A stretch of 64,000 bases of DNA from Sedimentisphaerales bacterium. Its GTDB lineage: Bacteria; Planctomycetota; Phycisphaerae; Sedimentisphaerales; SM23-30. Positions within the stretch are counted from its first letter, which is position 1, and every line of letters starts with the position of its first letter. A model generated the notes under the pieces. The model had not been told where the DNA came from. It made no database searches and was given only the letters and a program-made list of their open reading frames with translations. The stretch is from assembly GCA_963666285.1 (NCBI GenBank), contig OY762711.1. One strand, given 5' to 3'. This document shows, piece by piece, positions 10,020 to 19,697 of this stretch. Position numbers and translations under genes: made by a program.

Positions 10020-11643
10020 GAGTTTTCTCAACAAATCCTAAGTTATTATTTGCAAGATTGTTAAGCTTTAAATAGAATGTTTCAAGTGAAAGATAAGTTA
10101 TCGATATTGCCCAAAACCCTTGCACCTGGAGTATTTTATGTATCGTCGCGAGCCAAAAAATCAGCTAAAATTTGAAGATTTTTACCTGCCTTTTGGCGGT
10201 CAGCTTAACCCTGAGAATCGCTGGGTAATTTTGGCTAAAAAGATAGACTGGGATCTGATAGAAGAGCTATATGTAAAGAACTTCCCCAATCCGGAAGTAG
10301 GTAATCCTGCCAAAGATTCCCGTATAGCTTTTGGCTCATTGATCATCAAAGAACGTTTGAATTTATCAGATGAAGAGACAGTAAACCAGATCAGTGAGAA
10401 TCCATATTTGCAATATTTTATTGGCTCACATGAATATGAAGATAAATGTCCTTTCGGTGATACTTCGATGGTATATTTTCGCAAACGATTTACCCGGGAA
10501 GATTATGGAATGATCAATGCAAAGATAATATCAGATTCATATGACAAACAGAATGATAGCCAGGACGATGATACAGATAAGCCAAACAGTGGCAAATTGA
10601 TTGTAGATGCTTCCTGCTGTCCTTCAGATATTACCTATCCCACAGACCTGAATCTTCTTAATGATGCTCGCGAAAAAACAGAAAAGATGATAGATGTGAT
10701 GCATAAGCCATCAATAGGCTTAAAACGCAAGCCCAGGACTTATCGTAAAAAAGCACGCAAAGATTATCTTGCCGTAGCTAAGCAGAAAAGCCCGGGTAAA
10801 AATAAGCTGCTAAAAGCTATCCGTAAGCAACTTGGCTACCTGCAGCGAAATCTCAAGATTATTGCCCAGATGGCAAGTGAAGGTCTTTTGTCTTTGCTTG
10901 ATAATATTCTTTATCGCAAACTGCTTGTTATTAGTGAGTTATATCGTCAGCAGCAATACATGTATAACAATAAGATACACACCGTATCAGATCGTATTGT
11001 AAGTATCTCCCAACCACATATACGCCCAATAGTTCGCGGTAAAGCCCGTAATAAGACTGAATTTGGAGCCAAGATATCTATCAGTTTAATAGATGGTTTT
11101 AGTTATCTTGATACTATTTGCTGGGATAATTACAGTGAATCAACAGAACTGATATCGCAAATAGAAGCTTATAAAGACCGTACTGGTTGTTATCCTGAGT
11201 CAGTCCATGCAGGCAAGACATACAGGAATCAGACCAATAGAGAGTTTTGTGCTAAAAATGGCATAAGACTATCAGGTCCGGCATTAGGTCGACCGCCTAA
11301 AGATAAGGAAAAGTCAAAAGCGATTCGAAAGCAGCAGTATAAAGATGAGATAGACAGAATACCGGTTGAAGGAAAGTTTGGTCAGGGTAAAAGGCGATTT
11401 GGTCTCGGCTTGATAAAGACAAAACTGATTAAAACAGCTGTTAGTTCAATCTCACTGGCATTCATCGTGATGAATTTAGAGAAAATCCTTAAGAATATTT
11501 CTCTTTTTGCGAGTTTATTGTGGAACATGCTGGTTGCCGGTATGCTAATTAGACGTCTAATGCCAGGCATTATAAGATTGCAGCCCAACAGTAACGCCGG
11601 GCTGCAATTGAAAATCGAAAATTATTGATTATTGAGGAAACTC
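10020..11643 (+). mobile_element. IS5-family insertion sequence with about 15-bp inverted repeats and 6-bp target site duplication TAAATA
   Basis: Left end GAGTTTTCTCAACAA vs reverse complement of right end GAGTTTCCTCAATAA (13/15); TAAATA at 10014-10019 and 11644-11649. Confidence 0.88.
10138..11628 (+). CDS. IS5-family DDE transposase (second catalytic Asp apparently changed to Gly)
   Basis: RBS GGAG before ATG 10138; FGGQLNPENRWV, LSDEETV..ENPYLQYF, IVDASC, RPIVRGK..EFGAK, VEGKFGQGKR. Confidence 0.9.
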   Translation: MYRREPKNQLKFEDFYLPFGGQLNPENRWVILAKKIDWDLIEELYVKNFPNPEVGNPAKDSRIAFGSLIIKERLNLSDEETVNQISENPYLQYFIGSHEYEDKCPFGDTSMVYFRKRFTREDYGMINAKIISDSYDKQNDSQDDDTDKPNSGKLIVDASCCPSDITYPTDLNLLNDAREKTEKMIDVMHKPSIGLKRKPRTYRKKARKDYLAVAKQKSPGKNKLLKAIRKQLGYLQRNLKIIAQMASEGLLSLLDNILYRKLLVISELYRQQQYMYNNKIHTVSDRIVSISQPHIRPIVRGKARNKTEFGAKISISLIDGFSYLDTICWDNYSESTELISQIEAYKDRTGCYPESVHAGKTYRNQTNREFCAKNGIRLSGPALGRPPKDKEKSKAIRKQQYKDEIDRIPVEGKFGQGKRRFGLGLIKTKLIKTAVSSISLAFIVMNLEKILKNISLFASLLWNMLVAGMLIRRLMPGIIRLQPNSNAGLQLKIENY

Positions 11644-12569
11644 TAAATACGAGTTTTATACTTGATTTGCACCTGCTGTCTATTAAGTTTTTTGATCTGC
11701 TTTGCGGTTTTGTTTCGTCGGAAAAGAATCAATTGTATGTGTTTATGATAAGCTTCCATTTATTTCTAATCACTTTTTTAACTCTGATGTTTTCCTATAG
11801 AATCAGCGCATATTTGCATAACCCAAATAGTTAAAATAATAAAATTCCCCAAAACGTATCCCATTTATTGCTAACTAATTATGAATTTCCAGCCCATCCA
11901 TTGTCTAAAAAATATCAGCGCACTTTTTACATATCGTCCAAGTGTAGAGAACAAAGATAAATTAGCTTTCATTATAACTTGAATAACGATGAAAAGATTA
12001 TTTAGATTATTGATTTTGCTCTTTGAAAAGTTAATAAACCTTGTCAAATTTTGTTTGGATTTGTGTGTCCAGAAGCTAATCGATGGCAAGATAGCTGAGA
12101 AATAACACAAACACTGGCTTTTGCAGACACCAAGCTTTTTGTTATTGTAGTGTAAGTGAAAAAAATAAATAGCAATGTATTCTGTTTAATAGAAGTGGCT
12201 CACTAGATTTTTACTGATCCTATGTGTGAATTATGTAAGAGTTATGCCTGAAATAAATGTAGTACGATTATACCATTCATGCTTACTTTCTTAGTTAATA
12301 TGGTATCATTACAAGTCAATAATTATATCCAATGGCTGTTATCCGGCAAAGCAAATATGATACTATAGACAATAAGTTTTTGTGTAATATCAGCCATTTT
12401 TGTTGTCTAAAATAGAAAGATGAAGTCTTACGTGTTGATTGGGTTGTAAGTGTTTGTATTAGTTGTGTTTATGTTTTAGGTCTGGCTGCTGAGTTTTGTG
12501 ATTGTAGCAGGGTATGCCGACCTGACGAAGTTGGAATAGATTGATCCTAATTGTCCAAATATGAACTTT

Positions 12570-12635
12570 TGCGCGAAATAGGCGATTTTAGTACGCAATA
12601 TAGCCTTGATGGTTTTGTTCCTATAGATTTATAAT
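12570..12635 (+). promoter_or_regulatory. Promoter with tandem upstream operator-like repeats
   Basis: TGCGCGAAATAGGC (12570) and TACGCAATATAGCC (12592), then TTGATG-N18-TATAAT. Confidence 0.5.
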
Positions 12636-12801
12636 ACAATTGTCTAATTGAATAGAGGAATTTTCAGAGAAAATCCAGTCTATTATTTGAATTCAGAATA
12701 TATAAATCACTAAGTCAAAACTTCTAATTAATTTGTAAATGTGAGCACAGGTATATATCTGTGAAAGTATAAGAATTATGTTTCTTTTTGGAGGATCTAA
12801 C

Positions 12802-14904
12802 ATGCAGATTAAATTTGTAAGGACAGCGATATTGTGTTTACTATCGCTGGCGAGTATTTCCTTGGCGGAGTATACAATTACTTCTGCCGACGGTAATGGA
12901 GCTGACACCGGGTTACAGAATGATAACCAAAGAACAACCAGCTATGCAAATTCTACACACGGTTCAGAGGGCTCGTCTGAAATACGATATTGGGAAAATG
13001 TTCGAGCCAGATGTATTATGCTTCGTTTTGATATTAGCGATGGTATTGGCGGAGATGTTTCAGGAGCGATATTGTCTCTTACTGAAACTGTAGGTAACAG
13101 GGGGCGTGATCTTACAGTATATGGACTTAATGATGGCGAAGGAGATAACTGGGACGAAAGTACGATCAGTTATGATACAACACCAGGTTTATTACCGCCA
13201 TATGTTTATACCAGCACAGATCCAAATGCTTTAATAACTGTTGATGAAACTGTTTGGACAGTAGTTGAAACTTTTCCGTTTCTAGATATTTATGAAGATT
13301 GGGACGGTTCTGGTTCTAGCTATGATCAACCTACAGTTATCTCCAGTTCAGGCTCAGAAGATCTTGACAATTTTATAGCCGCTGACACAAACGGCCTGTT
13401 GTCATTTCTTATTGTTTTGCCGGCTGATTCTGCTCCTGATTACTATGTAGCAATGAAAGAAAATACAGATGGTTATGCTATCCCGTCTCTTGTTTTTCCA
13501 AATGCAAGATTTGCAACTAACTCGAGTCCAGAAAATCATGAAACTGTACTTATTTCTCATGACACTTTGAGCTGGACAAATACCGCTCCTGAAGGTGCGG
13601 GTCCCATTACATGTGATGTATATCTTGGCATGAATGAGCCAAACTTTGCTAATCCTGATTATGATCTTACAAAAATAGCAGAAGGTAAAACCGAGACATC
13701 ATTGACTATCCCCTTTGCTTTAAGCGAAGGCAAATATTACTGGGTAGTTGATTCTTATGATGCAGGTACATTTTTGGGTAACGGTGCAGTGTGGACCTTT
13801 GATGTAACAGCTGCTCCTCAAGTCACAACAAGCCCATCTGACCAGATTATAAAACCTGGAGAAACGGCAGAGTTTTCTGTTGCAGTTGAAAGTGTGTCTG
13901 CTGTGACATATACCTGGTATCAAAGTGCAGATAATGCAAATGATACACCTGCTGATGATATTGTTGTTCGTATTGGTTCAGAAATGCTTTCAATTGCCAA
14001 TGTCACCGTTTCTGACGAAGGTTACTATTATTGCAAAGCAGTAAACAGTTCCGGAGAAGCGATGGCGGCATATTCTGATGTCGCTCGTCTGGTTGTGCAG
14101 CGTCAGGTAGCTCACTGGACAATGAATGAACTAGTTGATGGTGTTTTAGTAGATACCAGCGGTGAAGGCAATGATGCAACTCCTTCGAGTGAAGCGATTG
14201 CTTTTGCAGATGGTGTTAACGTACTAATGACAGGTCAGGGTTCTGTATTTGCAGATTCTATCTATGCCCAGGCCGGTACATATGACCCAACAAGCATTTC
14301 AGGTGAATTTACAATATCGTTATGGCTCAGATTGGACTCAATTGATGGTTCAACAGGTATTATTTGCAAACACAATGGATGGGATGCTAATACAACCCTT
14401 TGGCAGTTTGGTACATCATCTGGCAGGGGATTGCGTATTTTCCGTGCAGGTAACAGCAATGTTATATATGGTCAGACTCTGACACTTGGTCAATGGTATT
14501 ATGTTGCAGTTACCTTTGATGGTGCAACTGCTAATATTTACTCTTTCGAGGTTGGTAGTGATGACATTTCATTTGATCTTGGTTCCGGAGCGTTCTCTCT
14601 TGGTGGTATGAACGATGCTGATTTCAATATTGGCTGTGCGAATATTGATTCTGAAACAGGAGAACCTGCAGAATTATTTAATGGTATGTTGGATGAAATC
14701 CAGGTATTTAATTATGCTAAGTCAGCAATAGAAATTGCAGATTTGTATAATGAAGCCGTTGCCCAGGATTTCTGTCTGCTGGAATACGGCAGTTCTGAAT
14801 TTGATCTGGATGTAAATGATAACTGCAGAATTGACCTGGTTGATTTTGCAGATCTGATGCAGACCTGGCTGGAATGTGGATTGTATCCTAATTGTCCTCA
14901 ATAA
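12802..14904 (+). CDS. Secreted DNRLRE/CBM96-like + Ig + LamG + dockerin-like protein
   Basis: RBS GGAGG before ATG 12802; signal peptide; ADT..LRFDIS..GAILSL..WDESTISY; YYWVVD; DEGYYYC; FTISLWL..WYYVAVTFD..FNGMLDEI; DVNDNCRIDLVDFADLMQTWLEC. Confidence 0.83.
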   Translation: MQIKFVRTAILCLLSLASISLAEYTITSADGNGADTGLQNDNQRTTSYANSTHGSEGSSEIRYWENVRARCIMLRFDISDGIGGDVSGAILSLTETVGNRGRDLTVYGLNDGEGDNWDESTISYDTTPGLLPPYVYTSTDPNALITVDETVWTVVETFPFLDIYEDWDGSGSSYDQPTVISSSGSEDLDNFIAADTNGLLSFLIVLPADSAPDYYVAMKENTDGYAIPSLVFPNARFATNSSPENHETVLISHDTLSWTNTAPEGAGPITCDVYLGMNEPNFANPDYDLTKIAEGKTETSLTIPFALSEGKYYWVVDSYDAGTFLGNGAVWTFDVTAAPQVTTSPSDQIIKPGETAEFSVAVESVSAVTYTWYQSADNANDTPADDIVVRIGSEMLSIANVTVSDEGYYYCKAVNSSGEAMAAYSDVARLVVQRQVAHWTMNELVDGVLVDTSGEGNDATPSSEAIAFADGVNVLMTGQGSVFADSIYAQAGTYDPTSISGEFTISLWLRLDSIDGSTGIICKHNGWDANTTLWQFGTSSGRGLRIFRAGNSNVIYGQTLTLGQWYYVAVTFDGATANIYSFEVGSDDISFDLGSGAFSLGGMNDADFNIGCANIDSETGEPAELFNGMLDEIQVFNYAKSAIEIADLYNEAVAQDFCLLEYGSSEFDLDVNDNCRIDLVDFADLMQTWLECGLYPNCPQ

Positions 14905-14939
14905 TTCTAAATCATAAATACAAACTTGGAGATATAGTC

Positions 14940-16979
14940 ATGAAAAAAATATTAGCTTTAATTTTATTAATGATGGTTATGGGTTCTACCCATGCCGAAA
15001 CGGTTACGATGACAAGTGATGCCGATACCTGGCTTCGTGGAGGCCAGAGCCCAAAAGGTTCAGATGGTTATTTGGACATAATGGGTTACTATGACTTTAG
15101 CGGTATATATCGATTTGATTTGTCAAGTCTTGGAGTTATTTCTATTTCTGATGCTTCGTTAACTTTAACTGTAACAGGTGACTGTTGGAGAAGAAATGAT
15201 ACTTTTACAACAGGTCGTTTAGCATTATTTGGCATGAATAATGTTGAAGGTAACACCCCACAGGATTGGGACGAAGCTACATTTACTGCAGATATGTCAG
15301 GTGCCGAGTGGACAGGCGTGATGCCGATGGATGATTCTGTTGCAAACGGCAGAGTTGTTAATCTGGATGCAGACAATGGAGCTAATACTGTTGAAACTGG
15401 TGGCGGTTCCGCTGCTGCCGGAACCAGTATTACTCTTTCAGGAGATGATCTAGTTACTTTCCTTCAAAGTCGTGTTTTTGATGGTGGTTTAGCCTCATTT
15501 TTTGCAGGAAATCCTCTAAATGAGCAAAGAGGCTATGGCTTAGCTACCAAAGAGTATGCTGTAGCAGAATATCACCCTGTTTTAGAAATTACATATGAAC
15601 CTATCGCATATGCATATTTGCCTCAGCCCGAAGATGAAGCATCTGTTTCTTTGGATATAAGTGAATTATCCTGGAGTTATCCTCCATCAGAAGGTACAGT
15701 AACCTGTGATGTATATTTCGGTACTGAAGAACCAAATGCTCTTCTGGAAAATTATGGTTATGACGGTCCGACTTTAACTGGTGTTCTTGCGGCAGATTTG
15801 CCAATTGCTATTCCTGTAACAGTTCAGCCATCAACTACTTACTACTGGGTTGTTGATTGTACAGATTCAGCGACAGGTGTAACAACTCCAGGTAAGAAAG
15901 TATGGTCATTCTATGTTTCCGGTGCTCCTGAATTAGTTACCGATCTTGCAGGAACTGCAGAATTTGAAGGGACTACAGCAGTTTTAAGTACCTCATTTAC
16001 TACTGATGCTGCTTTAGTTTCCGGTTCGCCAAAGTGGTATATGGTTGGTGAAACCGATACAGAAGTTTCAGATTCAGATGCAGATATTACTATCAGCCTT
16101 ACAAATGACAGCGGTGTTTATACTTCTGCTTTAGAGATAGCTAACTTGGATGCTGCTGATGAAGCTGAATATTATTGTGTAATTGAAAACTCAAATGGTC
16201 CAACCCAGACATCAACTGTTAAGCTGATTGTCAAGCGTGAGCTGGCTCACTTTACTTTTGATACAGATCCTAACGATGTACTTGGTAATTTTACTGGTCA
16301 AACTACAGGAAGTCCTACGTACGAAACCGGTAAAGTTGGCAATGCAATTGTTTTCGATGGTGAGGAAGATTATATAACTCTGTCTGAAGGTTTTGAAGAT
16401 TTTACTGCCGGTATGACAATTTCTGTTTGGGCATATCCTACAGCTGTTAATAACTGGGCCAGATTTATTGATTTTGGTACAGGCAATGGTAATGATGATC
16501 TATTATTTTCTCGATATGGTACAACTAATACATTGTCACTTCGCTTCAATGATTCTGAGGCTGTTTTGATTGGAGATTTTGGTTCCGAAGATACTCTTGA
16601 ATTGAATGTGTGGCAGATGTTTGTTGTTACCATTGATGCGGCCGGCAATATTATCATTTATAAAGATGGTTTACCAGTTCTTGATGGTGCCTTAACTGAT
16701 ATGCCAACTGTTGCTGTTCGTACAAGTAACTTCATAGGCAAGAGCAATTGGGAATCAGACTCTCTGTATGCCGGTATGATGGATGATATGCATATCTATA
16801 ACTATGCAATTACAGATGATGATGTCGCAGATATGTATGCTGCGGTAGAAGGTGATTTCTGCCGTGAAAGGCCGGAGTATGATCTGACAGGCGATTGCAA
16901 GGTTGATGTTTACGATCTGTCATACCTGGTGTCTTACTGGCTGGACTGTGGATTCTATCCAAATCCTGCTTGTGAATAA
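14940..16979 (+). CDS. Secreted DNRLRE/CBM96-like + Ig + LamG + dockerin-like protein (paralogous architecture)
   Basis: RBS GGAG before ATG 14940; DADTWL..YRFDLS..ASLTL..WDEATFT; YYWVVD; DEAEYYC; MTISVWAY..WQMFVVT..GMMDDM; DLTGDCKVDVYDLSYLVSYWLDC. Confidence 0.83.
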   Translation: MKKILALILLMMVMGSTHAETVTMTSDADTWLRGGQSPKGSDGYLDIMGYYDFSGIYRFDLSSLGVISISDASLTLTVTGDCWRRNDTFTTGRLALFGMNNVEGNTPQDWDEATFTADMSGAEWTGVMPMDDSVANGRVVNLDADNGANTVETGGGSAAAGTSITLSGDDLVTFLQSRVFDGGLASFFAGNPLNEQRGYGLATKEYAVAEYHPVLEITYEPIAYAYLPQPEDEASVSLDISELSWSYPPSEGTVTCDVYFGTEEPNALLENYGYDGPTLTGVLAADLPIAIPVTVQPSTTYYWVVDCTDSATGVTTPGKKVWSFYVSGAPELVTDLAGTAEFEGTTAVLSTSFTTDAALVSGSPKWYMVGETDTEVSDSDADITISLTNDSGVYTSALEIANLDAADEAEYYCVIENSNGPTQTSTVKLIVKRELAHFTFDTDPNDVLGNFTGQTTGSPTYETGKVGNAIVFDGEEDYITLSEGFEDFTAGMTISVWAYPTAVNNWARFIDFGTGNGNDDLLFSRYGTTNTLSLRFNDSEAVLIGDFGSEDTLELNVWQMFVVTIDAAGNIIIYKDGLPVLDGALTDMPTVAVRTSNFIGKSNWESDSLYAGMMDDMHIYNYAITDDDVADMYAAVEGDFCRERPEYDLTGDCKVDVYDLSYLVSYWLDCGFYPNPACE

Positions 16980-17033
16980 TGCTATTCAGATGAAAGTTTT
17001 CATTCTTAAATAGTTAAATTATTTATATATTTT

Positions 17034-17070
17034 AAGCACCTGTATTATTTTGATGCAGGTGCTTTTTTTT
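17034..17070 (+). terminator. Intrinsic terminator
   Basis: AAGCACCTGTATTA/TGATGCAGGTGCTT hairpin with a run of Ts. Confidence 0.8.
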
Positions 17071-17204
17071 ATGATTTCAACTATGGATTAATTAATAATC
17101 GTTTTCAATACTATTATGCTATGCCTTAGGTAAAGGCTATTTTAATGGTTATAAATACTATAAATGATGTTTATTCTGCCCAAAGCGCAGCTATTTAAGG
17201 GGAG

Positions 17205-17246
17205 TGCACAAAATGACGTATAATAATGCGCAAAATCGACTTGTTA
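17205..17246 (+). promoter_or_regulatory. Tandem operator-like repeats abutting a -35-like hexamer
   Basis: TGCACAAAATGAC (17205) and TGCGCAAAATCGAC (17227), then TTGTTA; same geometry as 12570-12611. Confidence 0.45.
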
Positions 17247-17612
17247 AAAACGAGTAAATTTACGATAGTAGATATATTCTGATTAATATTAAAAATGCAA
17301 TTGTGTATTATTAGCATTCACTTAATGTTATTAATTGTGTTTGTTGTGTGAAAGATATATTTAGCTTGGATGAAATTTATAATTGTTGAGCATATTGTAA
17401 ATTTCATTAAATAGTACCCTCATACGGTGGATTTTCTTTAAGCCTATGTGATTTTATTTGAAGTAAAGTTTATTTGTAATTTTCTATTTATTTTAAAATA
17501 TGGATATCTGGGTTCAATTGTGAACCGTTTGTGTTTGGTGTTTCGAGTAGCATTACTATAAATGATAATGTGCTTTAAAGTATAATTTTGTGTTTAATAG
17601 GAGAATTTAATT

Positions 17613-18554
17613 ATGTTTTATTATGGTTCTAAAAAAGGTAAAGGATTTACCTTAATTGAATTATTGGTTGTAATTTCAATTATTGCTTTGCTGGTTTCAA
17701 TATTGATGCCATCGTTGAACAGGGCAAAAGACAATGCAAAAAGAACAGTATGTGCCAGTAACCTTAAAAGTATCGGCCAGGCTATTATGATGTATGCTGG
17801 TGACAATGGGGATAAGTTACCTAGAAATATGGATGCTCTTAATGACAGCAGTCCTTTAGCAAATCAGGAGTATAATGAGACAGGAGAAGGTTCACCTCAC
17901 AGATCATATATGATGTTTGATATCGCCGGTAACCGCAGTCTTAGCATAAAACCCTGGGATCGAATAAAGTATAGATACGGTATGGGTTATTTAATGAAGA
18001 AGTATATAGATATTCCAGAAACTTTTTATTGTGAAGGTATTCCAAGGAAGAGGCAGGGTGGCAGTGGAGATGAATTCTCATTAGCATTCAGGTTTGATGA
18101 TTATGATGCCATAGGAGGTTATCCATGGTCGCCGGATGACATGATTAACAACAATCTGATTCGTAGCAGTTTTAACTATATTCCTCAATCTCGTAAGAAA
18201 AAGGTTGCTGTAGCTTTAGACGTGCCAGGATCTTCTTATGATATGACGCAAGCGCAAGCTGATGGAGGGGTTTTTAAAGGAGGAGTTGAGTATTTCCCTG
18301 AAATAGCTACTTCTACATCAGAGTTGTATGGCGATTATTCTATAGTATCAGGTCTTATTCACAATATCGCATTTTTGCCTCATAGAATGGGTAGTGGTAA
18401 GAATGCGGCTTCTGGTATAAATGTACTCTTTGGTGATTGTAGTGTTAGATTTGGCAATGATTTACGAGCAGCACAAAGTGATCTGTGGGATACAGAAAAT
18501 TTGGGTGTGCATGAATATGCGGTTAGAAAGCTTATCTCACTTTTTGAAAAATAA
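17613..18554 (+). CDS. Prepilin-type N-terminal cleavage/methylation (DUF1559-like) protein
   Basis: [36 protein letters not shown]-terminal [13 protein letters not shown] variant of the H-X9-DG motif. Confidence 0.9.
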   Translation: MFYYGSKKGKGFTLIELLVVISIIALLVSILMPSLNRAKDNAKRTVCASNLKSIGQAIMMYAGDNGDKLPRNMDALNDSSPLANQEYNETGEGSPHRSYMMFDIAGNRSLSIKPWDRIKYRYGMGYLMKKYIDIPETFYCEGIPRKRQGGSGDEFSLAFRFDDYDAIGGYPWSPDDMINNNLIRSSFNYIPQSRKKKVAVALDVPGSSYDMTQAQADGGVFKGGVEYFPEIATSTSELYGDYSIVSGLIHNIAFLPHRMGSGKNAASGINVLFGDCSVRFGNDLRAAQSDLWDTENLGVHEYAVRKLISLFEK

Positions 18555-18635
18555 GAATATATTTTATCAGATGTAAGTATCTGTAATATAGATAGTTAAT
18601 GTGTGATTGCATTTTGAATTGTGTTTTCAAATATA

Positions 18636-18672
18636 GAGGTGTCTGACGATTTGATTGTCAGGCACCTTTTTT
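18636..18672 (+). terminator. Intrinsic terminator
   Basis: GAGGTGTCTGACGAT/ATTGTCAGGCACCT hairpin followed by a T-run. Confidence 0.78.
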
Positions 18673-18792
18673 GTTGGTTTGTTAAGGTGTTATGGAATAT
18701 GTATTTAAGTTGATAGCGTGGTTGGAGATATTGGGAAATTATAAATATGGGGCTTCAAAAAAGCTATAATAGTATGTATTATAGGAAGATAT

Positions 18793-19473
18793 ATGAACGA
18801 GCAAGATAAGCACAATCGAAGAAAACTGCTGAAAAACATGGCCAGGGCGGGTGTGCTGGCAGGTTTGTTTTCGGTCGGATATGTCGCGGCAAAGCCTGGA
18901 AGTGCCAGGTTTGTTAGTTCGTTGGCAGAAAGTGACGGTAATGGAGCTAAAAACGGCGGGCTACGGCGGGCTACGGAGGCTGACGGAGCAGGTACGGATG
19001 GTGACGGAGGTCGTGCGGCGGGCAGCGGCGGGCTACGGACGCTATGGCAGATTGACCCTGAAAAATGCACGTATTGTGGTAAATGTTCGGAGATGTGTGT
19101 ACTGCACCAATCGGCCGTAAAGTGCCTTCACAAGTCTGATATCTGCGGTTATTGCGATTTATGTACCGGATATTTTTATCCGGAGCCTTCCAATTTGGAC
19201 ACGGCGGCGGAAAATCAGGTATGCCCAACTGGCGCTATTGCCAGACGGTTTGTTGAGGAGCCATATTTCCAGTATGCGATAGATCACGATCTTTGCATCG
19301 GGTGTGCTAAATGTGTTGAAGGGTGTAGTAAATTCGGGAATGGTTCGCTGTACCTGCAGATCATGCATGACAGGTGTCTGAACTGTAATGAGTGTGCGAT
19401 AGCGGTGCAGTGTCAGTCGAGTGCGATAATACGTGTGCCAGAGGACAGGCCGTATTTTTATAAGACAGTTTAA
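18793..19473 (+). CDS. Polyferredoxin-like 4Fe-4S protein with Tat-like N-terminal anchor
   Basis: NRRKLLK plus hydrophobic stretch; CTYCGKC..C, CGYCDLC, CPTG, CIGCAKC..C, CLNCNEC..C. Confidence 0.82.
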   Translation: MNEQDKHNRRKLLKNMARAGVLAGLFSVGYVAAKPGSARFVSSLAESDGNGAKNGGLRRATEADGAGTDGDGGRAAGSGGLRTLWQIDPEKCTYCGKCSEMCVLHQSAVKCLHKSDICGYCDLCTGYFYPEPSNLDTAAENQVCPTGAIARRFVEEPYFQYAIDHDLCIGCAKCVEGCSKFGNGSLYLQIMHDRCLNCNECAIAVQCQSSAIIRVPEDRPYFYKTV

Positions 19474-19697
19474 CTGAAGACTGAAGGCTGAAAAGAGATA
19501 ATCGAAGAAATTAGAATTAATAATTAAGGCAAAATGTGTTCTTCCTCAGCTAAGGCTATGGAGGATATGTTGCGAGGTTGAAAAGAATTGCCTGGTGACG
19601 AGTGAGTTAGAATATGAGTAGTTGAGAGTGAGGGAGTATGTTTGTTTGAGATAGTGTTGTTAATCTAAGTTTCCATATAATATTAAAAAGGTGTCTG

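Noticed and set aside
11650..12440. Short ORFs (69-79 aa) or a pseudogene in the AT-rich gap after the IS
   Set aside because: No recognisable protein motifs or RBS; left uncalled.
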